Origin: Squalus acanthias
Lineage: Eukaryota
Reading direction: 5' to 3'
Length of the DNA stretch: 64,000 nt
NCBI GenBank assembly: GCA_030390025.1
Contig: CM059438.1
Location: forward strand, 58,220,001 to 58,284,000
How positions within the stretch are numbered: position 1 is the first letter of the stretch; every line of letters starts with the position of its first letter. The notes below the pieces were generated by a model that had not been told where the DNA came from, ran no database searches, and saw only the letters and a program-made list of their open reading frames with translations. Position numbers and translations under genes: made by a program. This document shows, piece after piece, positions 1 to 48,500 of the stretch.

Positions 1-670
1 TCTGCATGCACTGCGCATGCGCTGAAAACCGGCACTTGGTGATTTCAAAAGGGGGCGGTTCCTAGGTGAACCGCGTGCGCGCTACAGGCTGCGCGCACGC
101 AGTGCACTTAGTGCTTTGAACGCGCAGGTAAGCATGGAAGATTTTGCACATAAAGAAAGGAGGCGTAAGACCCTCTTTTAACAAGGTAAGTAGTTAATTA
201 AGTATTATTTTGAATTTTTTTCAACAGGTATATCTTTTTTAGAGACTTTAAAGAAAGGTAAGTTTATTTTTATAACTTTTTAAAAGATTTTAAATTTTTT
301 CAAAAATTTAATATTTTGTTTAAAGTGGTTAATTTATTTAACTATACTTATTTTATTAATGTGATGTTTTTAAAAAAAAATTTAATTGAGGTTTAGCTGT
401 TCTTTTGAAGGGGTATAGATTCATAGCTTTCACAGCACTTGCTGTGAAAACTATGAATGAAAGATGGTGTGCTGCCATTGGCTCTAACTGAATCACGTGA
501 TCCCACAGCTCGCACGAATTAACTGCGCCTGTGGGATACGGAAGCACTGCACAGCTGCTGTCTAGAAAATCAAGTTCGTGCGAGCTCGGAATGAAAAGGC
601 AGGCGTGCAGTGAGATATCGCGGGGAAGCCTTACCCCCGCACGAAGGCTCCGTCATTAATTTCTGGGCCA
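1..670 (+). mobile_element. Non-autonomous TIR element (MITE, probably Harbinger-related), cut by the window start
   Basis: Aligns along its length with 14186-14853 and ends in the same terminal sequence ATTTCTGGGCCA. Confidence 0.8.
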
Positions 671-1689
671 TTATCATTTTGCTTTCAGCATGCAGTGCAC
701 TCCTTTTATAACATGTGTCGTGGGTAATTTGCAATTCCACATTAGCCATAAGTTTGGGTTGGAACCATCGTATTGAGAAATCGGAAAATAAAAACAAATT
801 AAGCAGATTCCCGATTGAAGCTCCCTTAAACTACGTACAATCTAAGCTTTTCATACATGTTCAAACAGCTTGATGGCAATTTCCATAGGTGGACCATGAA
901 CCTCATGATCTAAAACTTGCTTTTTTTGATTTGGCCTTGCTTCAATAACATTGAACAATTAGTTGAAAATTATACAGGATTTCCACTGTCCCATTAGTCG
1001 TTCAAGAGACTGAAAATATCACACATTAAACCGAGTCTGTACAGGCTGAAACAATTAACTAACTTGCAGTAGGATATATACTATTGGGCAAATATTATGC
1101 GGCACAATAAAGATGCAGAAAAGATCCAGCTACGATGCACAGGGGAACAATTTATCTTTCAGGTCTTCCTTCATGGTGCTGTATCCTTCATAAATGGGAA
1201 TTCACAGAAAATACATAAGCCAATCACTCACACAGCTCTGACCAAACACCAGAAATCCAAGGAGAACTGCAGAATACCGAACAATCCTCTGGTTTTAGCC
1301 CATTGGTTTCTTTGAAAATCAGGCTGTTAAATACCATGATCATAAAGATCACAAAAATAAGCACATATGAGGGAAGCCATTCAGCTCAATGAGCTTACCC
1401 TTCTGCAGAAACTGATAGTTCCTCCCCATCACTCCATGGAACTGCTTCTTGCCTCCATTGCCGTACCCAGAGACCATTCCACCTAGAGCATTCTTCACTC
1501 CTTGTGTAAAGAAGTGTTTCTGACATGAGTCCTGAACTTGCCTTTTATCACTTTGTAGCTATGTCCCCCTGTCACGCTACTTGAAATAGCGCTCTGGGTT
1601 AGCCTGTACCATTCACTTAGTAGGGTAGTGTCCTTAGTCCAGTCGTCTTCAGCTGCTTCACCAACGATTTTCACTTCATTTGTAAGTTT

Positions 1690-2890
1690 GGAAGTGGGAC
1701 CTCAGAAGGAGGCTCAGTATAATTGTCTACTTGGCACTTTTGTCTGAAGACACTTGTCTCTTGCCCTCATGTGCTGGGGTCCACCATGATTGAGTTTGAG
1801 GATGCTCATGAAGCCTCCTCCTCCAATTAGTTGCCTGGTTTTCCACCAACATTCTTGACGAGATGTGGTAAGGATAGAAAGCTTTGCCCTAATCAACAGG
1901 TTGTGGGTTCACTTAGTTCTGTGTACAGCTTTCTGCTTTTGGTGCTTAGTATGCAGGCACCCTGTGTAGTAGCTTAACTACATTGGTGCCTCATTCTAAA
2001 GTATGCCTGGTGCTGCAATTCTAAACTGATACTTTTAACCAGGGTTGGCCTCCCACCTTGATGGTGATGTAGGAGTGAGGGATGTGCTAGGCCATGAAAT
2101 TACAGATTGTGGTGCTTTTGATGACCCACAGGGCCTCATGGATGCCCAGTTTTGCTCGATCTGTCCTTAGTCTGTCTCACTTAGCAGAGTGGCAAACTGC
2201 ACAATAGAGGGTGTCCTCAATGAGACAAGACTTTTTCTTCACAAGGACTTGTGCTGTGGTCACTCCTACCAATGATATTGTGTACAGACATGTCTGTGAC
2301 AGATAGATTGGTGATGATGTTAAGTAAGCTACTTCCTCATATTGGTTCCCTCACCATCTGACACAGGCCCAGGCTGGCAGCTATGTCTTTCTGAATTTGG
2401 CCAGCTTGCTCAGCGATAATACTACTGAGACATTCCTAGTGGTAGATATTGAAACCTCCTACTCAGATTACATTCTGTACCTTTGCTTCCCTCAAGCATC
2501 CTCCAAATGATGTTCAACATGGAGTACTGATTTGTCAGTTTAGCGGTGGAGGGCAACAGGTGGCAATCAGCAGGAGGTTTTTATTGACCTTGTTTGATTT
2601 GAAGTCATGAGACTTCATGGGGTCCGGAGGCAATGTTGAGGATTCCCACCCAACTGTATAGGACTGTGCCCCCATCCTTGGTGGGTGATTCCTGCTGGTG
2701 GGACAGGACATACCCAGGGATGCTGATAGAGGAGTCTGGGATGTTGGTGGATAGATATTATTCTGTAAGTATGACTTTGTCAAGCTATTGCTTGGCTAGT
2801 CTATGGGGCAGCTCTCCCAATTCAATCACCAGTCTCCAATGAGGAGGACTTTGCAGGGTTGACTGGGCTGAGATTGCCAAAGTCTTTCTC
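1690..2890 (-). mobile_element. Old degraded LINE fragment (APE endonuclease region, CR1-like clade)
   Basis: Broken minus-strand frames include GELPHRLAKQ and NLLLIATCCPP, resembling non-LTR endonuclease N-terminal sequence; many stops and frameshifts. Confidence 0.55.
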
Positions 2891-2939
2891 TGATATGATA
2901 TGAACAAAAACCAAACAAACTCAGATGGTGGACATTTGA

Positions 2940-3135
2940 AACAAAAACAGAACATGCTGGAAACACTCAGCACGTCTGTCAGGATCTGTGGAGAGAAAAG
3001 TTAAGTTAACATTTCAGGTGTAGACCCCTCGTCAGAACTCAGCACTGATAAAGGGTCTACACCTAATCATTAACTTATCTGTTCTTTCCACAGTTGCTGA
3101 CTGACCTGCTGAGTGTTTCTAGCATGTTCTGTTTA
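2940..3135. mobile_element. Fold-back element formed by two inverted Penelope-like terminal segments
   Basis: acagaacatgctggaaacactcagca ... tgctgagtgtttctagcatgttctgt inverted arms; similar to 11656-11742 and 32135-32260. Confidence 0.65.
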
Positions 3136-3487
3136 TGTCCTTGTACAATGCCTGGGGTCATTGCTGATGGGTCCGTCTGACTGAGCATGACTTAGAGGGA
3201 GAGGAGCTGTTGAGCTGGGCTTGGAGTTACGAGGTATGAGAAGATAAATTAAACTGGATGTGGAGAGAGAGAGAACAGATCGATTCATTTAGACTGAGGG
3301 GACAGATGGAGCTGAGCTTTGAGTAAGAGGGAACAGATTGAGGTGGGTTTAGAGTGAGGGGGAGAGAGAGATGGATTAGAAAACAAAGTTATACGATTAC
3401 AATATCAAACACTGATTTTTTCAGGAGGTAGAAGGTGCAGTCATAGGCCCGGTTATAAGAATGCTACCACAGCGAAGTGCGTCCTTA

Positions 3488-39521
<36,034 letters not shown>

Positions 39522-42500
39522 CTGCACGGGAAACCAAACCACCAGACATGAGATCAGAGGGTCACAGTGAGGGTGTGGGGTATATCAGAGAGTGTGACAG
39601 TGAGGGTGTGGGGTAAATCAGAGAGTGTTACAGTGAGGGTGTGAGGTATATCAGAGAGTGTTACAGTGAGGGTGTGAGGTATATCAGAGAGTGTTACAGT
39701 GAGGGTGTGAGGTATATCAGAGAGTGTTACAGTGAGGGGTGTGGGGTATATCAGAGTGTGTTACAGTGAGTGTGTGAGGTATATCAGAGAGTGTTACAGT
39801 GAGGGTGTGGGGTATATCAGAGAGTGTTACAGTGAGGGTGTGGGGTATATCAGAGAGTGTTACAGTGAGTGTGTGGGGTACATCAGAGAGTGTTACAGTG
39901 AGGGTGTGAGGTACATCAGAGAGTGTTACAGTGAGGGTGTGGGGTATATCAGAGTGTGTTACAGTGAGGGTGTGGGGTGTATCAGAGTGTGTTACAGTGA
40001 GGGTGTGGGGTATATCAGAGAGTGTTACAGTGAGGTGTGTGGGGTATATCAGAGTGTGTTACAGTGAGGGTGTGGGGTATATCAGAGAGTGTTACAGTGA
40101 GGGGTGTGGGGTAAATCAGAGAGTCACATTGAGAGTGTGAGGTATATCAGAGTGTTACAGTGAGAGTGTGGGGTATATCTGAGAGAGTTACAGTGAGGGA
40201 GTGGGGTATATCAGAGTGTGTTACAGTGAGTGTGTGGGGTATATCAGAGTGTGTTACAGTGAGGGTGTGGGGTATATCAGAAAGTGTTACAGCGAGGGTG
40301 TGGGGTATATTACAGTGAGGGTGTGGGGTATATCAGGGATTGTTACAGTGAGGGTGTGAGGTATATCAGAGAGTGTTACAGTGAGAGTGTTGTGTATATC
40401 AGAGAGTGTTACAGTGAGGGGGGTATATCAGAGAGTTTTACAGTGAGTGTGTGGGGTATATCAGAGTGTGTTACAGTGAGGGTGTGGGGTATATCAGAGA
40501 GTGTTACAGTGAGGGTGTGGGGTATATCAGAGAGTGTAACAGTGAGGGTGTGAGGTATATCAGAAAGTGTTACATTGAGTGTGTGAGGTATATCAGAGTA
40601 TGTTACAGTGAGTGTGTGGGGCATATCAGAGTGTGTTACAGTGAGGGTGTGGCGTATGTCAGAGAGTGTTACAGTGAGGGTATGGCGTATATCAGAGAGT
40701 GTTACAGTGAGGGTGTGAGGTATATCAGAGAGTGTTACAGTGAGGGGTGTGGGGTATATCAGAGAGTGTGACAGTGAGAGTGCTGGGTATATCGGAGAGT
40801 GTTACACGAGAGTGTGGGGTATATCAGAGTGTGTTACAGTGAGTGTGTGGGGTATATCAGAGAGTGTTACAGTGAGTGTGTGGTGTATATCAGAGAGTGT
40901 TACAGTGAGGGTGTGGGGTATTTCAGAGAGTGTTACACTGAGGGTGTGGGGTATATCAGAGAGTGTTACAGTGAGAGTGCTGGGTATATCGGAGAGTGTT
41001 ACAGTGAGTGTGTGGGTTTATCAGAGAGTGTTACAGTGAGTGTGTGGTGTATATCACAGAGTGTTACAGTGAGGGTGTGAGGTATATCAGAGAGTGTTAC
41101 AGTGAGAGTGTTGTGTATATCAGAGAGTGTTACAGTGAGGGGGGTATATCAGAGAGTTTTACAGTGACGGTGTGAGGTATATCAGAGTGTGTTACAGTGA
41201 GGGTGTGGGGTATATCAGAGAGTGTTACAGTGAGAGTGTTGTGTATATCAGAGAGTGTCACAGTGAGAGTGTTGTGTATATCAGAGAGTGTTACAGTGAG
41301 GGTGTGGGGTATATCAGAGAGTGTTACAGTGAGGGTGTGGGGTATATCAGAGAGTGTTACAGTGAGGGGTGTGGGGTATATCAGAGAGTGTTACAGTGAG
41401 GGTGTGGGGTATATCAGAGTGTGTTACAGTGAGAATGTGGGGGTATATCAGAGTGTGTTACAGTGAGTGTGTGAGGTATATCAGAGTGTGTTACAGTGAG
41501 GGTGTGGGTATATTACAGTGAGGGTGTGGGGTATATTACAGTGAGGGTGTGGGGTATATTACAGTGAGGGTGTGGGGTATATTACAGTGAGGGTGTGGGG
41601 TATATCAGAGAGTGTTACAGTGAGGGTGTGGGGTATATCAGAGAGTGTTACAGTGAGGGTGTGGGGTATATCAGAGAGTGTTACAGTGAGGGTGTGGGGT
41701 ATATCAGAGAGTGTTACAGTGAGGGGTGTGGGGTATATCAGAGAGTGTTACAGTGAGGGTGTGGGGTATATTACAGTGAGGGTGTGGGTATATTACAGTG
41801 AGGGTGTGGGGTATATTACAGTGAGGGTGTGGGGTATATTACAGTGAGGGTGTGGGGTATATCAGAGAGTGTTACAGTGAGGGTGTGGGGTATATCAGAG
41901 AGTGTTACAGTGAGGGTGTGGGGTATATCAGAGAGTGTTACAGTGAGGGTGTGGGGTATATCAGAGAGTGTTACAGTGAGGGTGTGGGGTATATCAGAGA
42001 GTGTTACAGTGAGGGTGTGGGGTATATCAGAGAGTGTTACAGTGAGGGGTGTGGGGTATATCAGAGAGTGTTACAGTGAGGGGTGTGGGGTATATCAGAG
42101 AGTGTTACAGTGAGGGTGTGGGGTATATCAGAGAGTGTTACAGTGAGGGTGTGGGGTATATCAGAGAGTGTTACAGTGAGGGGTGTGGGTATATCAGAGA
42201 GTGTTACAGTGAGGGTGTGGGGTATATCAGAGAGTGTTACAGTGAGGGTGTGGGTATATCAGAGAGTGTTACAGTGAGGGTGTGGGGTATATCAGAGAGT
42301 GTTACAGTGAGGGGTGTGGGGTATATCAGAGTGTTACAGTGAGGGGTGTGGGTATATCAGAGAGTGTTACAGTGAGGGTGTGGGGTATATCAGAGAGTGT
42401 TACAGTGAGGGTGTGGGGTATATCAGAGAGTGTTACAGTGAGGGTGTGGGGTATATCAGAGAGTGTTACAGTGAGGGGTGTGGGGTATATCAGAGAGTGT

Positions 42501-45500
42501 TACAGTGAGGGTGTGGGGTATATCAGAGAGTGTTACAGTGAGGGTGTGGGGTATATCAGAGTGTGTTACAGTGAGGGTGTGGGGTATATCAGAGTGTGTT
42601 ACAGTGAGGGTGTGGGTATATCAGAGTGTTACAGTGAGGGGTGTGGGGTATATCAGAGTGTTACAGTGAGGGTGTGGGGTATATCAGAGAGTGTTACAGT
42701 GAGGGTGTGGGGTATATCAGAGAGTGTTACAGTGAGGTGTGGGGTATATCAGAGAGTGTTACAGTGAGGGGTGTGGGTATATCAGGAGTGTTACAGTGAG
42801 GGTGTGGGGTATATCAGAGAGTGTTACAGTGAGGGTGTGGGGTATATCAGAGTGTGTTACAGTGAGGGGTGTGGGTATATCAGAGAGTGTTACAGTGAGG
42901 GTGTGGGGTATATTACAGTGAGGGTGTGGCGTATATCAGATAGTGTTAGAGTCAGGGTGTGGGGTATATCAGTGTGTTACAGTGATGGTGTGGGGTATAT
43001 CAGAGAGTCACAGTGAGAGTGTGGGGTATATCAGAGAGTGTTACAGTGAGGGTGTGCGGTATATTACAGTGAGGGTGTGGGGTATATTACAGTGAGGGTG
43101 TGGGGTATATTACAGTGAGGGTGTGGGGTATATCAGAGAGTGTTACAGTGAGAGTGTGGGGTATATCAGAGAGTGTTACAGTGAGGGCGTGGGGTATATC
43201 AGAGAGTGTTACAGTGAGAGTGTGGGGTATATCAGAGAGTGTTACAGTGAGGGGTGTGGGATATATCAGAGTGTTACTGTGAAGGTGTGGGGTATATCAG
43301 AGAGTGTTACAGTGAGAGTGTTGTGTATATCGGAGAGTGTTACAGTGAGGGTGTGGGGTATATCAGAGTGTGTTACAGTGAGTGTGTGGGGTATATCAGA
43401 GAGTGTTACAGTGAGGGTGTGGGGTATATCAGAGAGTGTTACAGTGAGAGTGTGGGGTATATCAGAGAGTGTTACAGTGAGGGTGTGGGGTATATCAGAG
43501 AGTGTTACAGTGAGGGTGTGGGGTATATCAGAGAGTGTTACAGTGAGTGTGTGAGGTATATCAGAGTGTGTTACAGTGAGTGTGTGGTGCATATCAGAGT
43601 GTGTTACAGTGAGGGTGTGGCGTATGTCAGAGAGTGTTACAGTGAGGGTGTGAGGTATATCAGTGAGTGTTACAGTGAGGGGTGTGGGGTATATCAGAGA
43701 GTGTTACAGTGAGAGTGTTGGGTATATCGGAGAGTGTTACAGTGAGTGTGTGGGTATATCAGAGTGTGTTACAGTGAGGGTGTGGGTATATCAGAGTGTT
43801 ACAGTGAGGGTGTGGGTATATCAGAGAGTGTTACAGTGAGGGTGTGGGGTATATCAGAGAGTGTTACAGTGAGGGTGTGAGGTATATCAGAAAGTGTTAC
43901 ATTGAGTGTGTGAGGTATATCAGAGTGTGTTACAGTGAGTGTCTGAGGTATATCAGAGAGTGTTACAGTGAGGGTGTGAGGTATATCAGAGAGTGTTACA
44001 GTGAGGGGTGTGGGGTATATCAGAGAGTGTTACAGTGAGGGTATGGCGTATATCAGATAGTGTTACAGTGAGGGTGTGAGGTATATCAGAGAGTGTTATA
44101 GTGAGGGGTGTGGGGTATATCAGAGAGTGTTACAGTGAGAGTGTTGGGTATATCGGAGAGTGTTACAGTGAGTGTGTGGGGTATATCAGAGTGTGTTACA
44201 GTGAGTGCGTGGGGTATATCAGAGAGTGTTACAGTGAGTGTGTGGTGTATATCAGAGAGTGTTACAGTGAGGGTGTGGGGTATTTCAGAGAGTGTTACAG
44301 TGAGGGTATGGGGTATATCAAAGAGTGTTACAGTGAGAGTGTTGGGTATATCGGAGAGTGTTACAGTGAGTGTGTGGGGTATATCAGAGAGTGTTACAGT
44401 GAGTGTGTGGTGTATATCGGAGTGTGTTACAGTGAGTGTGTGGGGTATATCAGAGTGTGTTACAGTGAGTGTGTGAGGTATATCAGAGAGTGTTACAGTG
44501 AGGGTGTGAGGGATATCAGAGAGTGTTACAGTGAGGGGTGTGGGGTATATCAGAGAGTGTTACAGTGAGAGTGTTGCGTATATCGGAGAGTGTTACAGTG
44601 AGTGTGTGGGGTATATCAGAGTGTGTTACAGTGAGTGTGTGGGGTATATCAGAGTGTGTTACAGTGAGTGTGTGAGGTATATCAGAGAGTGTTACAGTGA
44701 GGGTGTGAGGTATATCAGAGAGTGTTACAGTGAGGGGTGTGGGGTATATCAGAGAGTGTTACAGTGAGAGTGTTGGGTATATCGGAGAGTGTTACAGTGA
44801 GTGTGTGGGGTATATCAGAGTGTGTTACAGTGAGTGTGTGGGGTATATCAGAGTGTGTTACAGTGAGTGTGTGAGGTATATCAGAGAGTGTTACAGTGAG
44901 GGTGTGGGGTATATCAGAGTGTGTTACAGTGAGGGTGTGGGGTATATCAGAGTGTGTTACAGCGAGTGTGTGAGGTATGTCAGAGTGTGTTACATGAGGG
45001 TGTGAGGTATATCAGTGTGTTACAGCGAGGGTGTGGGGTATATCAGTGTGTTACAGTGAGTGCGTGGGGTATATCAGAGAGTGTTACAGTGAGGGTGTGG
45101 GGTATATTACAGTGAGGGTGTGCGGTATATTACAGTGAGGGTGTGGGGTATATTACAGTGAGGGTGTGGGGTATATTACAGTGAGGGTGTGGGGTATATC
45201 AGAGAGTGTTACAGTGAGAGTGTGGGGTATATCAGAGAGTGTTACAGTGAGGGTGTGGGGTATATCAGAGAGAGTTACAGTGAGAGTGTGGGGTATATCA
45301 GAGAGTGTTACAGTGAGGGTGTGGGGTATATTACAGTGAGGGTGTGGGGTATATCAGAGAGTGTTACAGTGAGAGTGTGGGGTATATTACAGTGAGGGTG
45401 TGGGGTATATCAGAGTGTGTTACAGTGAGGGTGTGGGGTATATCAGAGAGTGTTACAGTGAGGGTGTGGGGTATATCAGAGAGTGTTACAGTGAGGGTGT

Positions 45501-48500
45501 GGGGTATATCAGAGAGTGTTACAGTGAGGGTGTGGGGTATATCAGAGAGTGTTACAGTGAGGGTGTGGGGTATATCAGAGAGTGTTACAGTGAGTGTGTG
45601 AGGTATATCAGAGTGTGTTACAGTGAGGGTGTGGGGTATATCAGAGAGTGTTACAGTGAGGGTGTGGGGTATATCAGAGAGTGTTACAGTGAGGGTGTGG
45701 GGTATATCAGAGAGTGTTACAGTGAGAGTGTGGGGTATATCAGAGAGTGTTACAGTGAGGGTGTGGGGTATATCAGAGAGTGTTACAGTGAGGGTGTGGG
45801 GTATATCAGAGAGTGTTTCATTGAGTGTGTGAGGTATATCAGAGTGTGTTACAGTGAGTGTGTGGCGTATGTCAGAGAGTTACAGTGAGGGTTGTTGGGT
45901 ATATCAGAGAGTGTTACAGTGAGGGGTGTGGGGTATATCAGAGTGTGTTACAGTGAGAGTGTGAGGTATATCAGAGAGTGTTACAGTGAGGGTGTGGGGT
46001 ATATCAGAGAGTGTTACAGTGCGGGTGTGGGGTATATCAGAGAGTGTTACAGTGAGGGTGTGGGGTATATCAGAGAGTGTTACAGTGAGGGTGTGAGGTA
46101 TATCAGAAAGTGTTACATTGAGTGTGTGAGGTATATCAGAGTGTGTTACAGTGAGTGTCTGAGGTATATCAGAGAGTGTTACAGTGAGGGTGTGAGGTAT
46201 ATCAGAGAGTGTTACAGTGAGGGGTGTGGGGTATATCAGAGAGTGATACAGTGAGGGTATGGCGTATATCAGATAGTTTTACAGTGAGGGTGTGAGTTAT
46301 ATCAGAGAGTGTTACAGTGAGGGGTGTTGGGTATATCAGAGAGTGTTACAGTGAGGGGTGTGGGGTATATCAGAGAGTGATACAGTGAGGGTATGGCGTA
46401 TATCAGATAGTGTTACAGTGAGGGTGTGAGTTATATCAGAGAGTGTTATAGTGAGGGGTGTGGGGTATATCAGAGAGTGTTACAGTGAGAGTGTTGGGTA
46501 TATCGGAAAGTGTTACAGTGAGTGTGTGGGGTATATCAGAGTGTGTTACAGTGAGTGCGTGGGGTATATCAGAGAGTGTTACAGTGAGTGTGTGGTGTAT
46601 ATCAGAGAGTGTTACAGTGAGAGTGTTGGGTATATCGGAAAGTGTTAAAGTGAGTGTGTGGGGTATATCAGAGTGTGTTACAGTGAGTGCGTGGGGTATA
46701 TCAGAGAGTGTTACAGTGAGGGTGTGGGGTATTTCACAGAGTGTTACAGTGAGGGTATGGGGTATATCAATGAGTGATACAGTGAGAGTGTTGGGTATAT
46801 CGGAGAGTGTTACAGTGAGTGTGTGGGGTATATCAGAGAGTGTTACAGTGAGAGTGTTGCGTATATCGGAGAGTGTTACAGTGAGTGTGTGGGGTATATC
46901 AGAGTGTGTTACAGTGAGTGTGTGGGGTATATCAGAGTGTGTTACAGTGAGTGTGTGAGGTATATCAGAGAGTGTTACAGTGAGGGGTGTGGGGTATATC
47001 AGAGAGTGTTACAGTGAGAGAGTTGGGTATATCGGAGAGTGTTACAGTGAGTGTGTGGGGTATATCAGAGTGTGTTACAGTGAGTGTGTGGGGTATATCA
47101 GAGTGCGTTACAGTGAGGGTATGGCGTATATCAGAGAGTGTTACAGTGAGGGTGTGAGGTATATCAGAGAGTGTTACAGTGAGGGGTGTGGGGTATATCA
47201 GAGAGTGTTACAGTGAGAGTGCTGGGTATATCGGAGAGTTTTACACGAGTGTGTGGGGTATATCAGAGTGTGTTACAGTGAGTGTGTGGGGTATATCAGA
47301 GAGTGTTACAGTGAGTGTGTGGTGTATATCAGAGAGTGTTACAGCGAGGGTGGGGTATTTCAGAGAGTGTTACAGTGAGGGTGTGGGGTATATCAGAGAT
47401 TGTTACAGTGAGTGTGTGAGGTATATGAGAGAGTGTTACAGTGAGGGTGTGGGGTATATCAGAGAGTGTTACAGTGAGGGGTGTGGGGTATATCAGAGAG
47501 TGTTACAGTGAGGGTGTGGGGTATATCAGAAAGTGTTACAGTGAGTGTGTGAGGTATATCAGAGTGTGTTACAGTGAGGGTGTGGCGTATATCAGAGAGT
47601 GTTAGAGTCAGGGTGTGGGGTATATCAGTGTGTTACAGTGAGGGTGTGGGGTATATCAGGGAGTCACAGTGAGAGTGTGGGGTATATCAGAGAGTGTTAC
47701 AGTGAGGGTGTGAGGTACATCAGAGAGTGTTACAGTGAGGGTGTGGGGAATATCAGAGTGTGTTACAGTGAGGGTGTGGGGTGTATCAGAGTGTGTTACA
47801 GTGATGGTGTGGGGTATATCAGAGAGTGTTACAGTGAGGTGTGTGGGGTATATCAGAGTGTGTTACAGTGAGGGTGTGGGGTATATCAGAGAGTGTTACA
47901 GTGAGGGGTGTGGGGTATATCAGAGAGTGTTACAGTGAGGGGTGTGGGGTGTATCAGAGAGTGTCACAGTGAGGGTGTGGGGTATATCAGAGTGTGTTAC
48001 AGTGAGGGGTGTGGGGTATATCAGAGAGTCACATTGAGAGTGTGAGGTATATCAGAGTGTTACAGTGAGAGTGTGGGGTATATCAGAGAGTCACAGTGAG
48101 ATGTCGGGAATATCAGAGTGTTACAGTGAAGGGTGTGGGGTATATCAGAGTGTGTTACAGTGAGGGGTGTGGGGTATATTACAGTGAGGGTGTGGGGTAT
48201 ATCAGAGTGTGTTACAGTGAGTGTGTGGGGTATATCAGAGAGTGTTACAGTGAGGGTGTGGGGTATATCAGAGAGTGTTACAGTGAGGGTGTGGCGTATG
48301 TCAGAGAGTGTTACAGTGAGGGTGTGGGGTATATCTGAGAGTGTTACAGAGAGGGTGTGGGGTATATCTGAGAGAGTTACAGTGAGGGAGTGGGGTATAT
48401 CAGAGTGTGTTACAGTGAGTGTGTGGGGTATATCAGAGTGTCTTGCAGTGAGGGTGTGGGGTATATCAGAAAGTGTTACAGCGAGGGTGTGGGATATATC

